In this document: positions 17,304 to 26,254 of the stretch, piece by piece | Position numbering within the stretch: position 1 is the first letter of the stretch | How the letters are laid out: every line of letters begins with the position of its first letter | Source of the DNA: an uncultured Eubacterium sp. | GTDB lineage: Bacteria > Bacillota > Clostridia > Lachnospirales > Lachnospiraceae | Reading direction: 5' to 3' | DNA: 64,000 bases | Assembly (NCBI GenBank): GCA_947385775.1 | Contig: CANDMI010000011.1 | Coordinates: 504-64,503, forward strand | Notes under the pieces: model-generated | Databases searched by the model: none | What the model was told of the DNA's origin: nothing | The model's input: the letters and a program-made list of their open reading frames with translations, nothing else | Made by a program: the position numbers and the translations under genes

Positions 17304-18164
17304 TCATCCGTTTTTTTTACGAACCTTACGCCAATAAAACTCAATATCCTCATAATAAAGCTGATTCACCTCCGCGCAAAACAGCAAAATATAAATGCAA
17401 AAATAAATCCAAAACATCATAAGCACCACCGTCGTCAGCGACCCGTACATGGAAAAGCCGTGGAACACCCCTACATAAATCGACACTCCAATTGAAAATA
17501 AATACCAGGCCACCGTACAAAGCGCAGCCCCTGGAAGCTGGTTATGGAATTTTAGCGCGCGCTCCCCTTTCGAGCGTTTTGCCGGCAAAAACTGAAACGC
17601 CATCATCACCGTAAACAGCATGATCGGCGTAATTATAAGCAGCCTAAAATCCAAAACCGCGGACAATATCTCCCCCAAAAGCGGGATATACTGCGTAAGA
17701 GGCTCTTCTAAGGAATGCCCAAATACCAGTATTACCATAAATAAAATGATCGCAACCACAAACACAAATGTATAAAACACCGCCCGAAGACGCATCAAAA
17801 ACCAGTTTGGCTTTTCTGTGACCTCATGCACCTCGTCCAGCCCGCTTGACAGGTAATGGATGCCTTTGGACGCGGACCAGACCGCGACTACGGCGGTGGT
17901 TGATAAGATCCCGGTGGATTTGGAATACACTTCATCCAATATCGTAATGATCACAGGCTTTGCGTATGCCGGAAAATATTTATTGACCCACACAAGCAGC
18001 ATCGCCTTGGAAATCGGCGTGTACTGGATCAGCGTAATAAAGAACATAAAAAGGGGCACAAGGGACATCATAAGGAAAAACGCGGTCTGCGCCGCATATG
18101 CGCCGATATTGTCCTGTTTGCATTTATCCAAAAGCCGCATTCCATTCATAAACATCCGTTTCAT
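17304..18164 (-). CDS. YihY/virulence factor BrkB family membrane protein
   Basis: DNIGAYAAQTAFFLMMSLVP, WSASKG, YGSLTTVVLMMFWIY; multiple TM helices. Confidence 0.92.
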   Translation of the reverse strand: MKRMFMNGMRLLDKCKQDNIGAYAAQTAFFLMMSLVPLFMFFITLIQYTPISKAMLLVWVNKYFPAYAKPVIITILDEVYSKSTGILSTTAVVAVWSASKGIHYLSSGLDEVHEVTEKPNWFLMRLRAVFYTFVFVVAIILFMVILVFGHSLEEPLTQYIPLLGEILSAVLDFRLLIITPIMLFTVMMAFQFLPAKRSKGERALKFHNQLPGAALCTVAWYLFSIGVSIYVGVFHGFSMYGSLTTVVLMMFWIYFCIYILLFCAEVNQLYYEDIEFYWRKVRKKNG

Positions 18165-18304
18165 ACGATTTCCCCTTTTACTGTTTTCTTAATTATATTC
18201 TGATTTTATATCCCGATCCCGGTGAAAACAATTGCTCTTTCCGCAATGAATCCAAGCCAGACAGAAAACAAGATTACATTTCTGACTCCAAGTCTGCCAT
18301 AAAT

Positions 18305-20416
18305 TTAATCCGCTTTCCTGATTTTAACCCCATCGTAATAAAAATTCAATATCCGCTTATAATCCCAGCCATCCCGCGCCATAGAATCGGCGCCGTACTG
18401 GCTCATGCCGATGCCATGCCCGTTTCCGCCGCCGGAAAGCAGAAAACGCCGGCTCTTTTCCTGGAATGATATGGAAAAATACGCGCTCGGCAAAAAACGG
18501 GAAGCAGAATCCGAGCTTCCGTCTGCATATACGATCTTTTCCATTGCGCAGCCTACGATATATCTGATATTATATTCCGATTTTATTTTCACTTTTCCAA
18601 ACTCAAATTCTATTACAAGCTCTAAGACCGCGCCGCTTTTGCTGCGCCTGGCGCAATACATATCCTTGAAACCGCCAAAGCCCTTTAACGACCCCGCTTT
18701 TTTCTCCCTGCCGTTTCGGGTCGCATAATACAAGATATTTTCAGGATTGATCGATTCCCGCATCGTAATGCGCTCCTTTAATTCCTCCAAGCAGGCGCTC
18801 GGCTCCAATGTGGCTTTCCAGCGGAAAAATTTACTGTTTCTGTCATAAGCGTCTAATTGATCTGATTTTATGTAAGACTGAAAACTTTTTTCCGAAGAAA
18901 GATCAATCGCTTTCTTATTTTTATCCGGCGGCGCGATCGCCCTGGCTTTTAAATACGAGCGGTCTTTTTGGTTCCAGATTTCCATGCCGCTGCCGTATCC
19001 GCAGGAGGTGGAATAATAATACGCGTCCACGATCTGCTCCCCTTCGTACATCACAAGCCCCGCCGTGCCGTCCACAGCCTGTATGCATTCCTTTGTGGCC
19101 CCGGATTTATTATACACCTGATAATTCGTGCTGTCATCTATCTGCGCGTGATATTCCTTATAATCCTCCCCCGCCATCTGGCGGCACACATAGCTCCTTG
19201 CGCAGACCGCCTGGGCTTTTAGCGCTTCTGTGGCAAAGCTGGATGGCATTTCGCTCGCCACGACAGAATAAAGGTATTTTTCCACATTTACTTTATTTAC
19301 GATATAATAACCTTCCAAATCCCGGTAAACAAAAAAGCTTCCATAATAACCGTTTGATATCTTCTTTCCTTTTGCATCCGCAAGATATAACCTTCCGCTT
19401 TCCCCGGCCGGCGTAATCTGCGCGCATTCCCCTTTTTTTAATTTCAGCTTTTTACTGCTGATCATACCATTTGGCTTATATTTTTCCGACCTTTTTCCTT
19501 TTTTTACGGCGCAATCCGTGTCACTGAACAGATAAACCTGCCCATAATGGACAGCCCCCTGGTTTAACAGCAATACCTCTACCGTATCCGAAATCCTTCC
19601 CGCGGCTGTTTCTTCCGACATAACTTTTACATCTTTCACTTCCGTAATAAAGCCGCCTTTTATATACAAGGTACAATGCGTATTTTCCCGCGCCAGATCC
19701 TTTTTACAGCCCGCCTCATATTCCTTTTCTTTATAAATAAAATGAACCTTATCCCCGGATGTATCCGTAATCTCCACATTTTTTAACGCGACGGCTTTTT
19801 CCGCTTCCCTGCGAACTCCTAACGCTTCTTTTCCCATCACATACACTTCATACGTATGCATGGGCTTTAATTTCAAGGAATCGATCTTAAATTTCAGCTT
19901 GCCATCCTGCGTTTCACAGCTGTTTTTCGACTGCTTCAGGCACAGGATCGTTTTTTTCGACACCGCCTCCCCAACATCCAGATAATCTCTAATCTGGTCA
20001 TAATATTGCATCACCGCTTCGCGCTTTAGCCTGTCACTCCCGCCGCCTGCCGCCACAACGTCAGAAAGCCCGACGCTTTGCAAAAAATCTCGGATTTCCT
20101 GCCGCGTCATTTTTTTATCCTTGTCATCCCCCAACTGCTTACGCATAAAATCCGGATCTAAAAAAGACATTAAAGAAGCAAACTCCTCCTGCGTCACATA
20201 CGAAAGCGCGGGGATTTCTGATTTTTTATGTATCAAAAATGTGCCAAACAAACAAATGCACGCCGCCAATACGCCAAGCAGCAGCAAGCCCGTCCCGGGC
20301 ATGCCTAAGGACGCGCGCGGATTTCTCGGATTTTTCCTGTTTCGCGCTTTGCGCGTTCCCTTAGCATTTGAATTTCCCATTTTCCGGTATCGCTTTACCT
20401 TATCCGCTCGATTCAT
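18305..20416 (-). CDS. SpoIID/LytB domain-containing protein
   Basis: EKYLYSVVASEMP..EALKAQAVCARSY, STNYQVY, GGGNGHGIGMSQYGA; N-terminal basic stretch and TM anchor. Confidence 0.92.
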   Translation of the reverse strand: MNRADKVKRYRKMGNSNAKGTRKARNRKNPRNPRASLGMPGTGLLLLGVLAACICLFGTFLIHKKSEIPALSYVTQEEFASLMSFLDPDFMRKQLGDDKDKKMTRQEIRDFLQSVGLSDVVAAGGGSDRLKREAVMQYYDQIRDYLDVGEAVSKKTILCLKQSKNSCETQDGKLKFKIDSLKLKPMHTYEVYVMGKEALGVRREAEKAVALKNVEITDTSGDKVHFIYKEKEYEAGCKKDLARENTHCTLYIKGGFITEVKDVKVMSEETAAGRISDTVEVLLLNQGAVHYGQVYLFSDTDCAVKKGKRSEKYKPNGMISSKKLKLKKGECAQITPAGESGRLYLADAKGKKISNGYYGSFFVYRDLEGYYIVNKVNVEKYLYSVVASEMPSSFATEALKAQAVCARSYVCRQMAGEDYKEYHAQIDDSTNYQVYNKSGATKECIQAVDGTAGLVMYEGEQIVDAYYYSTSCGYGSGMEIWNQKDRSYLKARAIAPPDKNKKAIDLSSEKSFQSYIKSDQLDAYDRNSKFFRWKATLEPSACLEELKERITMRESINPENILYYATRNGREKKAGSLKGFGGFKDMYCARRSKSGAVLELVIEFEFGKVKIKSEYNIRYIVGCAMEKIVYADGSSDSASRFLPSAYFSISFQEKSRRFLLSGGGNGHGIGMSQYGADSMARDGWDYKRILNFYYDGVKIRKAD

Positions 20417-20472
20417 CTGATTCCCCCGCTTTAATCTAATCCCTTTACCAATCGACATCTGTCATTTTTCTC

Positions 20473-20494
20473 TCCCATATGCGTGCCTGCGCAT
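20473..20494 (-). repeat. Short ATGCGCA-N5-GCATATG element directly after a terminator (copy D)
   Basis: Minus strand ...CTTCTTTTCT|ATGCGCAGGCACGCATATGGG has the same start motif and spacing as copy A. Confidence 0.4.
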
Positions 20495-20530
20495 AGAAAA
20501 GAAGCTGCATTCCATGCAGCTTCTTTTTTC
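20495..20530. terminator. Bidirectional intrinsic terminator
   Basis: AAAAGAAGCTGCAT-TCC-ATGCAGCTTCTTTT perfect inverted repeat. Confidence 0.85.
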
Positions 20531-20585
20531 TCTTGTCGTATTTTCGCTATCGCTTTTTCTGTTGTGCCTGACCAAATGTCTTATT

Positions 20586-20838
20586 AAATATTTTTTCAAA
20601 TATTTTTTCATACATTTTCTCATATATTTTCTTTCGTGCGCTTCCGAGAGGGTTTGTCTTTTGTATACATCTTTTGTATTGCGTCACTTTATCGTTTGCA
20701 TCTTATTGGTCTTTTGTATCGTACTTTTGTATCATCCTCTTGTAAAGATTTTTCATAAAGATCTACTGTAAAATTTTTGTAAAAATCTTTTGTAAAATCC
20801 GGCCATTCTCTTTTGTGCTTTGAATATTTTCTTTTGTA
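20586..20838. repeat. Low-complexity region with 12-bp tandem repeats and recurrent CTTTTGTA octamers
   Basis: AAATATTTTTTC x2 plus two degenerate units (20586-20633); exact CTTTTGTA at 20658, 20671, 20711, 20724, 20787, 20831. Confidence 0.8.
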
Positions 20839-20871
20839 AACGTTTAAAATAAGCTTTCCTACTTCTTTCAA

Positions 20872-21060
20872 AAGCGCCCCAAAATGCCGTGCCCGAAATT
20901 TTGACGCCTAGCAAAGCTAGGTGGGTAACCTCAATGGAGCTTCTGCCTTCCACTGCGTAATGATGGCCTGACATCCGCGCCAAAATATTGGAATCCCGAA
21001 AACAAAAATGTAGGTTCAAAATATCGGGTTCTCGCACATTCCAGGGTAACGCTTTATCTA
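20872..21060 (-). ncRNA. ssrS: 6S RNA (probable)
   Basis: ~185 nt; 5' CCCUGGAAUG-UGC pairs with 3' GCA-CAUUUUGGG; UUGAACCUACAU and CCCACCU..GGCGUCAAAAUU segments resemble clostridial 6S RNAs as I recall them; strong promoter upstream. Confidence 0.75.
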
Positions 21061-21066
21061 AAAAAG

Positions 21067-21095
21067 ATTATACAATACTATGTGCAGTATTGCAA
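21067..21095 (-). promoter_or_regulatory. Sigma-A promoter of the putative 6S RNA
   Basis: TTGCAA-17 nt-TATAAT on the minus strand. Confidence 0.8.
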
Positions 21096-21233
21096 CAAAT
21101 ATTTATACACAAGATGATGTATTTTATGGTATATTTGCTAATAAAAATCTGGATATTTTTATGAAAACGATTTTTTGCAAGAAAACAAATTTTTATTCTC
21201 TTCCGCTAACGCAGCATACGGGCCTTTGCATAA

Positions 21234-21266
21234 AAATGTAACAGCCCAATCCGAGCTGTTACATTT
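21234..21266. terminator. Intrinsic terminator downstream of pckA
   Basis: 12-bp stem AAATGTAACAGC / GCTGTTACATTT. Confidence 0.8.
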
Positions 21267-21345
21267 ACATTTTATCTGTCTTTTATTTTTGTCGTTTCAT
21301 CATTGCTTTTTCAGTCAAAGTCTTTTCAATATAAAGTCTTTTTAA

Positions 21346-23052
21346 TTAAAGAGAATTTGCCTCGTTTACAACCTTTTGGATTGCCTGCGCCGCGTCCTCC
21401 GGAAGCTTGTTGTAGCCGCCTTCTTTTGTGTCTAATTCCTGTACGTTCTTTAAGCGGTCCGCCATACGCGCTTTCATCTGGTCTACATACGCTTTGTCGC
21501 TTAAATCTGGCACAAAGCCTTCCCATTCAAAGATCTCGATATCCTCAAACGGCCCCCACTGTTTGAAGTCCGCCCTCTTTTCCACGATCGCTTCTAAGAT
21601 GCCAAGGGTATCCTTTGGCTGCACCTTTTTGCCCATAAAGTCGCCGGTATTGATGATATAGCAGTCTACGTTCTTTTCCGCAACGAGCTTTTTGAACTTC
21701 TCGTAGTCGTTTACCAAAGGATACGTCCTGAACGGATTTGCATACGGTTCAATTACAAGCGCGTTTGGATCTACGCCAGGCGCAAGACGTTCCGCTGTAG
21801 AACGCTTTGTCGCAAGGGTTGCGCCCATAACGGATGCAAGGGAAGCGCCCTTTAATTTTACTACCGGCGGCAATGTCTGGTCTTTCATGATCCAAAAGAT
21901 CGCATTTACCGGGCTTTCGATCCGGTCTACGCGGTTTGGCGACCATAATTTAGACTTGATCGCGCGCCCGTTGCCGTTACGGATATCCTCGGTAACCAAT
22001 ACGACCTTGCCGTCCTCGTCCAAAGTTGCGGAGCAGTTTTGTGCTGTCAAAAGGAACTTGTTGTCCTCACAAGCGGTCGGATAGTCCGCGGTTTTGTCAA
22101 AATAAGTCGGCTCTAACGCGATGGATGCGCAGGTGTCCGTATTGATAATAAACGCGTCGTCGTGAAGCACCTTGATCGAAGGATATTTCCCGCCGTGTTT
22201 TGCGTGCGTCAGCGTGGATTTGCCGGAGCCTGACAGACCGAATACAGCCGCAACGTACTTCGAGCCGTCGTCGCGTGTGTACTCTTTCTGACCGCCATGG
22301 CAGGATGCGTAACCGTTGCGGTTTGCGATCGCCCATGCCAGGGTCAGCGTGCCTTTTTTGTGCTCGCCGAAATATCTCATGCCAAGGATCGCCGCACAGT
22401 TTGTCTCTGTATTAAAGTAGCATAAGCACTTGCCGTCGCATACGTCCGTCTGGTCGGTGCCTTTCCACTGTGGATCTGAGAAAATGTAAACGTCCGGCTC
22501 ATTGCCATCGCCTACCGGCTTTGAGGACGCGTACATTTTTGTATAGGTATCATTCATATACTGGAAGTTTAACATCCAGTTATAAAGGAGGTTTTCCTCT
22601 CCCTTCGGAATCAGAAGATGCGCTTTTACCATAAATTCTGGATCTAAGCCGATAAACACCTGTGCGTGGTACATAGTTTTCCAGCGCGTGTCATAAACCG
22701 CATCCATAAGGATCTTATCCAGCTTTGCGCAATCCGTGCCCTCTTTGCCAGTAATCCTTCTTGCAGCCGCATAACGCCCGGTGATCGAGCCATCGTTAAA
22801 CAACAGCACCTTTGCCTCTGGCTCCAAACCGATCTCTTCCGCCTTATACACCGGCATGTCCGTTACAACCGTGCCAGGTGAATTTTTCGCTAATGTATAA
22901 GCTTCGCGCAGCGTATTTACCTTGATCACGTTGTTGCCATAAAACGGCGCTTCGATAATGGCGCGCGTATTAGTGACCGGAGACCCTGCTTTCGGGAAGC
23001 CTACCTTATTTGGCCCAATTTCAGTTCTTGGATAAAGAGCTCTTGTTGACAT
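21346..23052 (-). CDS. pckA: Phosphoenolpyruvate carboxykinase (ATP)
   Basis: YFGEHKKG, CHGG, FGLSGSGKSTL P-loop, LHDD, INTG motifs. Confidence 0.92.
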   Translation of the reverse strand: MSTRALYPRTEIGPNKVGFPKAGSPVTNTRAIIEAPFYGNNVIKVNTLREAYTLAKNSPGTVVTDMPVYKAEEIGLEPEAKVLLFNDGSITGRYAAARRITGKEGTDCAKLDKILMDAVYDTRWKTMYHAQVFIGLDPEFMVKAHLLIPKGEENLLYNWMLNFQYMNDTYTKMYASSKPVGDGNEPDVYIFSDPQWKGTDQTDVCDGKCLCYFNTETNCAAILGMRYFGEHKKGTLTLAWAIANRNGYASCHGGQKEYTRDDGSKYVAAVFGLSGSGKSTLTHAKHGGKYPSIKVLHDDAFIINTDTCASIALEPTYFDKTADYPTACEDNKFLLTAQNCSATLDEDGKVVLVTEDIRNGNGRAIKSKLWSPNRVDRIESPVNAIFWIMKDQTLPPVVKLKGASLASVMGATLATKRSTAERLAPGVDPNALVIEPYANPFRTYPLVNDYEKFKKLVAEKNVDCYIINTGDFMGKKVQPKDTLGILEAIVEKRADFKQWGPFEDIEIFEWEGFVPDLSDKAYVDQMKARMADRLKNVQELDTKEGGYNKLPEDAAQAIQKVVNEANSL

Positions 23053-23317
23053 GCTTCATTTCCTCCTTTTTTAGAAAAAAATATTTTGTTATTTTTTTAT
23101 CAATCATTTTCCTACATTATAATACAATTGCTGGAAAAAAGCTATCCTGTTTTTTTCTTAATTTTATATAAAGAATGTAAAAAGTTTATGGAATCTGCGA
23201 TTTTTACTTGTTTTCCTGTTTTATACTGTGGTAAGATAGTGGACAGATCGTTCCCTTTTTGACTTTTATGCCACAAACAGGAACGGACAGACCGCTATCA
23301 GATAGGAGGTACAATAA

Positions 23318-24694
23318 ATGATAGAAAACGAATATTCCAAGATCACACCCGAAATGCAGCGCTTAGCCGACTTAAGCAGCCGCCATTTTACCATTGACCC
23401 TGCTTTATATGGAAAATATAATGTAAACCGCGGGCTGCGTGATGTAAACGGCAAGGGCGTGTTAGTCGGGCTGACCGAGATTTCCGAAGTATGCGCGACC
23501 AAACGGGTTGGCGACATGGTTGTCCCTGCCGACGGCGACTTGTTTTACCGTGGATACAATGTACAGGATATTATAAAAGGCATCGCAAAAGACAGCCACT
23601 TCGGATTTGAAGAAAGCGCCTTTTTGCTCATCTTTGGGAAGCTCCCGACACAAGCCGAATTATCTGAGTTTACCGGCCTGCTCTCTTATTACCGCACGCT
23701 GCCGACCAGTTTCGTACGTGACATTATCATGAAGGCGCCAAGCCATGATATGATGAACACCCTAGCCCGCAGCGTCCTGACCTTATATTCTTATGATAAC
23801 AAAGCAGATGACATATCGATACCAAACGTTCTGCGCCAGTGCATGCAGCTGATCAGCCTTTTCCCACTGCTTTCCGTATACGGCTACCAGGCTTACCGTC
23901 ATTACCACGATGGCGACAGCTTATTTATCCATAAACCGCTGCCGGAATTATCCACCGCGGAAACCATTTTGCATATTTTGCGCCCAGACAGCAAATATAC
24001 GCCATTAGAAGCCAGATTATTAGACATTGCGCTGATCTTACATATGGAGCACGGCGGCGGCAATAACTCTACCTTTACGACGCACCTTGTGTCCTCCTCC
24101 GGGACAGACACCTATTCCGCCATCGCAGCCTCGATCGGCTCTTTAAAAGGCCCAAGGCACGGCGGAGCGAATATTAAAGTCGTCAAAATGTTTGAAGATA
24201 TGAAAGCGCAGTTAAAAGACTGGACGGACGAGGAGGAGGTGCGCGCTTACTTAAAGGCCATCTTAAATAAAGAAGCCTTTGACCATGCGGGGCTTATCTA
24301 CGGCATGGGCCATGCGGTCTACTCCTTATCCGACCCGCGCGCAAGGATCTTCCGCTCTTATGTCGAACGGCTGTCTATTGAGAAAGGCTTCGACGAGGAA
24401 TTTGCCCTCTACGCGCTTGTGGAACGGCTCGCTCCGCAAGTCATTGCAAAAGAGCGCAAGATCTACAAGGGGGTCAGCCCGAATGTGGATTTTTACAGCG
24501 GCTTTGTATACCGTATGCTTGGCCTGCCTTTGGAATTGTACACGCCGATTTTTGCGATCGCAAGGATCGCCGGATGGAGCGCCCACAGGCTGGAGGAATT
24601 AGCGTACAACAGCCGGATCATGCGCCCGGCTTATATGAGCGTGTCAGACCGCAGGGATTACATTCCAATGTCCGAGCGAATAGCGGAAATTTAA
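23318..24694 (+). CDS. gltA: Citrate synthase
   Basis: HMEHGGGNNSTFT, GPRHGGAN, GMGHAVY...DPRA, PNVDFYSG, FAIARIAGWSAH. Confidence 0.96.
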   Translation: MIENEYSKITPEMQRLADLSSRHFTIDPALYGKYNVNRGLRDVNGKGVLVGLTEISEVCATKRVGDMVVPADGDLFYRGYNVQDIIKGIAKDSHFGFEESAFLLIFGKLPTQAELSEFTGLLSYYRTLPTSFVRDIIMKAPSHDMMNTLARSVLTLYSYDNKADDISIPNVLRQCMQLISLFPLLSVYGYQAYRHYHDGDSLFIHKPLPELSTAETILHILRPDSKYTPLEARLLDIALILHMEHGGGNNSTFTTHLVSSSGTDTYSAIAASIGSLKGPRHGGANIKVVKMFEDMKAQLKDWTDEEEVRAYLKAILNKEAFDHAGLIYGMGHAVYSLSDPRARIFRSYVERLSIEKGFDEEFALYALVERLAPQVIAKERKIYKGVSPNVDFYSGFVYRMLGLPLELYTPIFAIARIAGWSAHRLEELAYNSRIMRPAYMSVSDRRDYIPMSERIAEI

Positions 24695-24706
24695 GCAAAA
24701 TTACGT

Positions 24707-24737
24707 TACCTGCGGCCAAATTTGCCGCAGGTATTTT
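24707..24737 (+). terminator. Intrinsic terminator after citrate synthase
   Basis: TACCTGCGGC / GCCGCAGGTA stem plus TTTT. Confidence 0.8.
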
Positions 24738-24850
24738 CTCGCGCAACAAATTTAGAGTGTTTTTTATGAATTATCCCAATTTTTTCATTGCATATTTTGG
24801 ATTTATCTAGTAAAATTTATTCATAAGGTAGAAAAAAGGAGTGTATCATT

Positions 24851-25225
24851 ATGTTAATATCAGAAGCCAAAATTTTAATCGGGGATGACTCTATTCTAGC
24901 ACGGAAACAATTAAAGGATATCTTAACCGGACTTGGCGGCGTCCATTATACGGAAGCGGCAAATGGTCAGGAAGTGATTGATAAATATAAGCAGGAAAAA
25001 GCGGATATCATTTTCCTTGATATTGTAATGCCAGTCAAAGATGGCGTGACTGCCACAAAAGAGATCATCGAGTCCGACCCATCCGCTACGATTATCATTG
25101 TTTCTTCCATTGGCACGAAGGAACAGTTGAAAAACGCTATTGAAGCAGGTGCAAAGGATTTTATCCAAAAACCTTTCTCTGCGATCAACATCCAGCGAGT
25201 GCTTGAATCACGTTTTGAAAAATAA
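24851..25225 (+). CDS. Single-domain response regulator (CheY-like)
   Basis: ILIGDDS, FLDIVMP phospho-acceptor Asp, SS, AKDFIQKPF; no output domain. Confidence 0.95.
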   Translation: MLISEAKILIGDDSILARKQLKDILTGLGGVHYTEAANGQEVIDKYKQEKADIIFLDIVMPVKDGVTATKEIIESDPSATIIIVSSIGTKEQLKNAIEAGAKDFIQKPFSAINIQRVLESRFEK

Positions 25226-25237
25226 AGGAGATAGTCT

Positions 25238-26125
25238 ATGTATGCACAATTTTTTGGAAATTTTTTACTAAGCCGCAATGTTGTCACACCGCAACAGCTC
25301 ATCGCCGCCATCAATAAGGAATCCAGCAGCCGAATCAAGCTTGGCACGCTTGCTATGTATCATAATTTAATGACTGCAAATGAGATTGACGATATTGTGA
25401 TCGCGCAAACACATGAGGATAAGCATTTTGGCGAAATCGCGATCGAACGCCAGTATTTAACAGAAGAACAGGTAAACAGCCTTTTATCTGAGCAAAGCCC
25501 GGACTATTTGCTGCTGGGGCAGATCTTAATCGAAGAAAATATTTTGACCAATGCGCAGCTAGAAAGCCTGATCGTAGATTATGAATCGGAGCATGAGATT
25601 TATGACTTAGATCTCCAGGTTGACCAAAAAGAACAGGTTGGACAGCTTATCCGCCATTATTTCAAACTGGAAAATGTCGAAAACAGCGATCTATATCAGG
25701 CATATCTGACGCTTTTATTTAACAATCTGATACGCTTTATCGGCTCAGACTTTACGCCTATGACTCCGATTGCCTGTGAAGAATTTCCGACGCAGTTTTG
25801 TATTGTGCAGCATATTACCGGAAAGTACAACATCCTTTCCGCAATCGACATGGACCGCTCAATGGCAATCGAGTTTGCCTCCCGCTACGCGATGGACACG
25901 TTTGACGCATTTGACGAATATGTAGAAGCTTCTTTGGAGGACTTCTTAAACCTGCACAACGGGTTATTTACCGTAAATGTATCCAATAACCGCGCCGTAG
26001 AGCTGCAACTTACGCCGCCGGAAGCGCATGAAAAGGATCTGCTGGAATTTCCAAAAGGTTCCAACTCCTATATGTTCCCTATCCTTTATCCGTTTGGGAC
26101 GATTAATTTTATTTTATCATTTTAA
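25238..26125 (+). CDS. Protein with four MshEN-like repeats and a C-terminal CheX/CheC-like domain
   Basis: 24+5 residue periodicity over residues 5-115; SLEDFLNLHNG...TPP resembles E-x2-N-x22-P. Confidence 0.75.
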   Translation: MYAQFFGNFLLSRNVVTPQQLIAAINKESSSRIKLGTLAMYHNLMTANEIDDIVIAQTHEDKHFGEIAIERQYLTEEQVNSLLSEQSPDYLLLGQILIEENILTNAQLESLIVDYESEHEIYDLDLQVDQKEQVGQLIRHYFKLENVENSDLYQAYLTLLFNNLIRFIGSDFTPMTPIACEEFPTQFCIVQHITGKYNILSAIDMDRSMAIEFASRYAMDTFDAFDEYVEASLEDFLNLHNGLFTVNVSNNRAVELQLTPPEAHEKDLLEFPKGSNSYMFPILYPFGTINFILSF

Positions 26126-26158
26126 TGTAAGTTGGTTGTTGGTTTACATAATTTTTGA

Positions 26159-26213
26159 ATCGAGTAGGGGAACGCCCTTCTCCCCTACTCGCGCGCCGGG
26201 CGCCCGTGCGCAT
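26159..26213 (-). mobile_element. 55-nt miniature group IIC intron-like remnant (copy B)
   Basis: Minus strand ATGCGCACGGGCGCCCGGCGCGCGAGTAGGGGAGAAGGGCGTTCCCCTACTCGAT|T, directly after the thrC terminator. Confidence 0.65.
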
Positions 26214-26247
26214 AAAAAGCGGCGCAGTTTCCTGCGCCGCTTTTTAT
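26212..26247. terminator. Bidirectional terminator between thrC and the CheX-like gene
   Basis: ATAAAAAGCGGCGCAG-TTTC-CTGCGCCGCTTTTTAT perfect inverted repeat. Confidence 0.88.
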
Positions 26248-26254
26248 CATCTAT

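Noticed and set aside
20689-20871. 60-aa ORF downstream of 6S RNA, and overlapping ORFs 20514-20771 and 20753-21037
   Set aside because: Low-complexity repeat-derived sequence, weak start and no SD; one overlaps the structured RNA.
26163-26189. GTAG-type REP element (GTAGGGG...CCCCTAC)
   Set aside because: No RAYT gene or further copies in the window, and the flanks match the copy A architecture. Kept only as an alternative.
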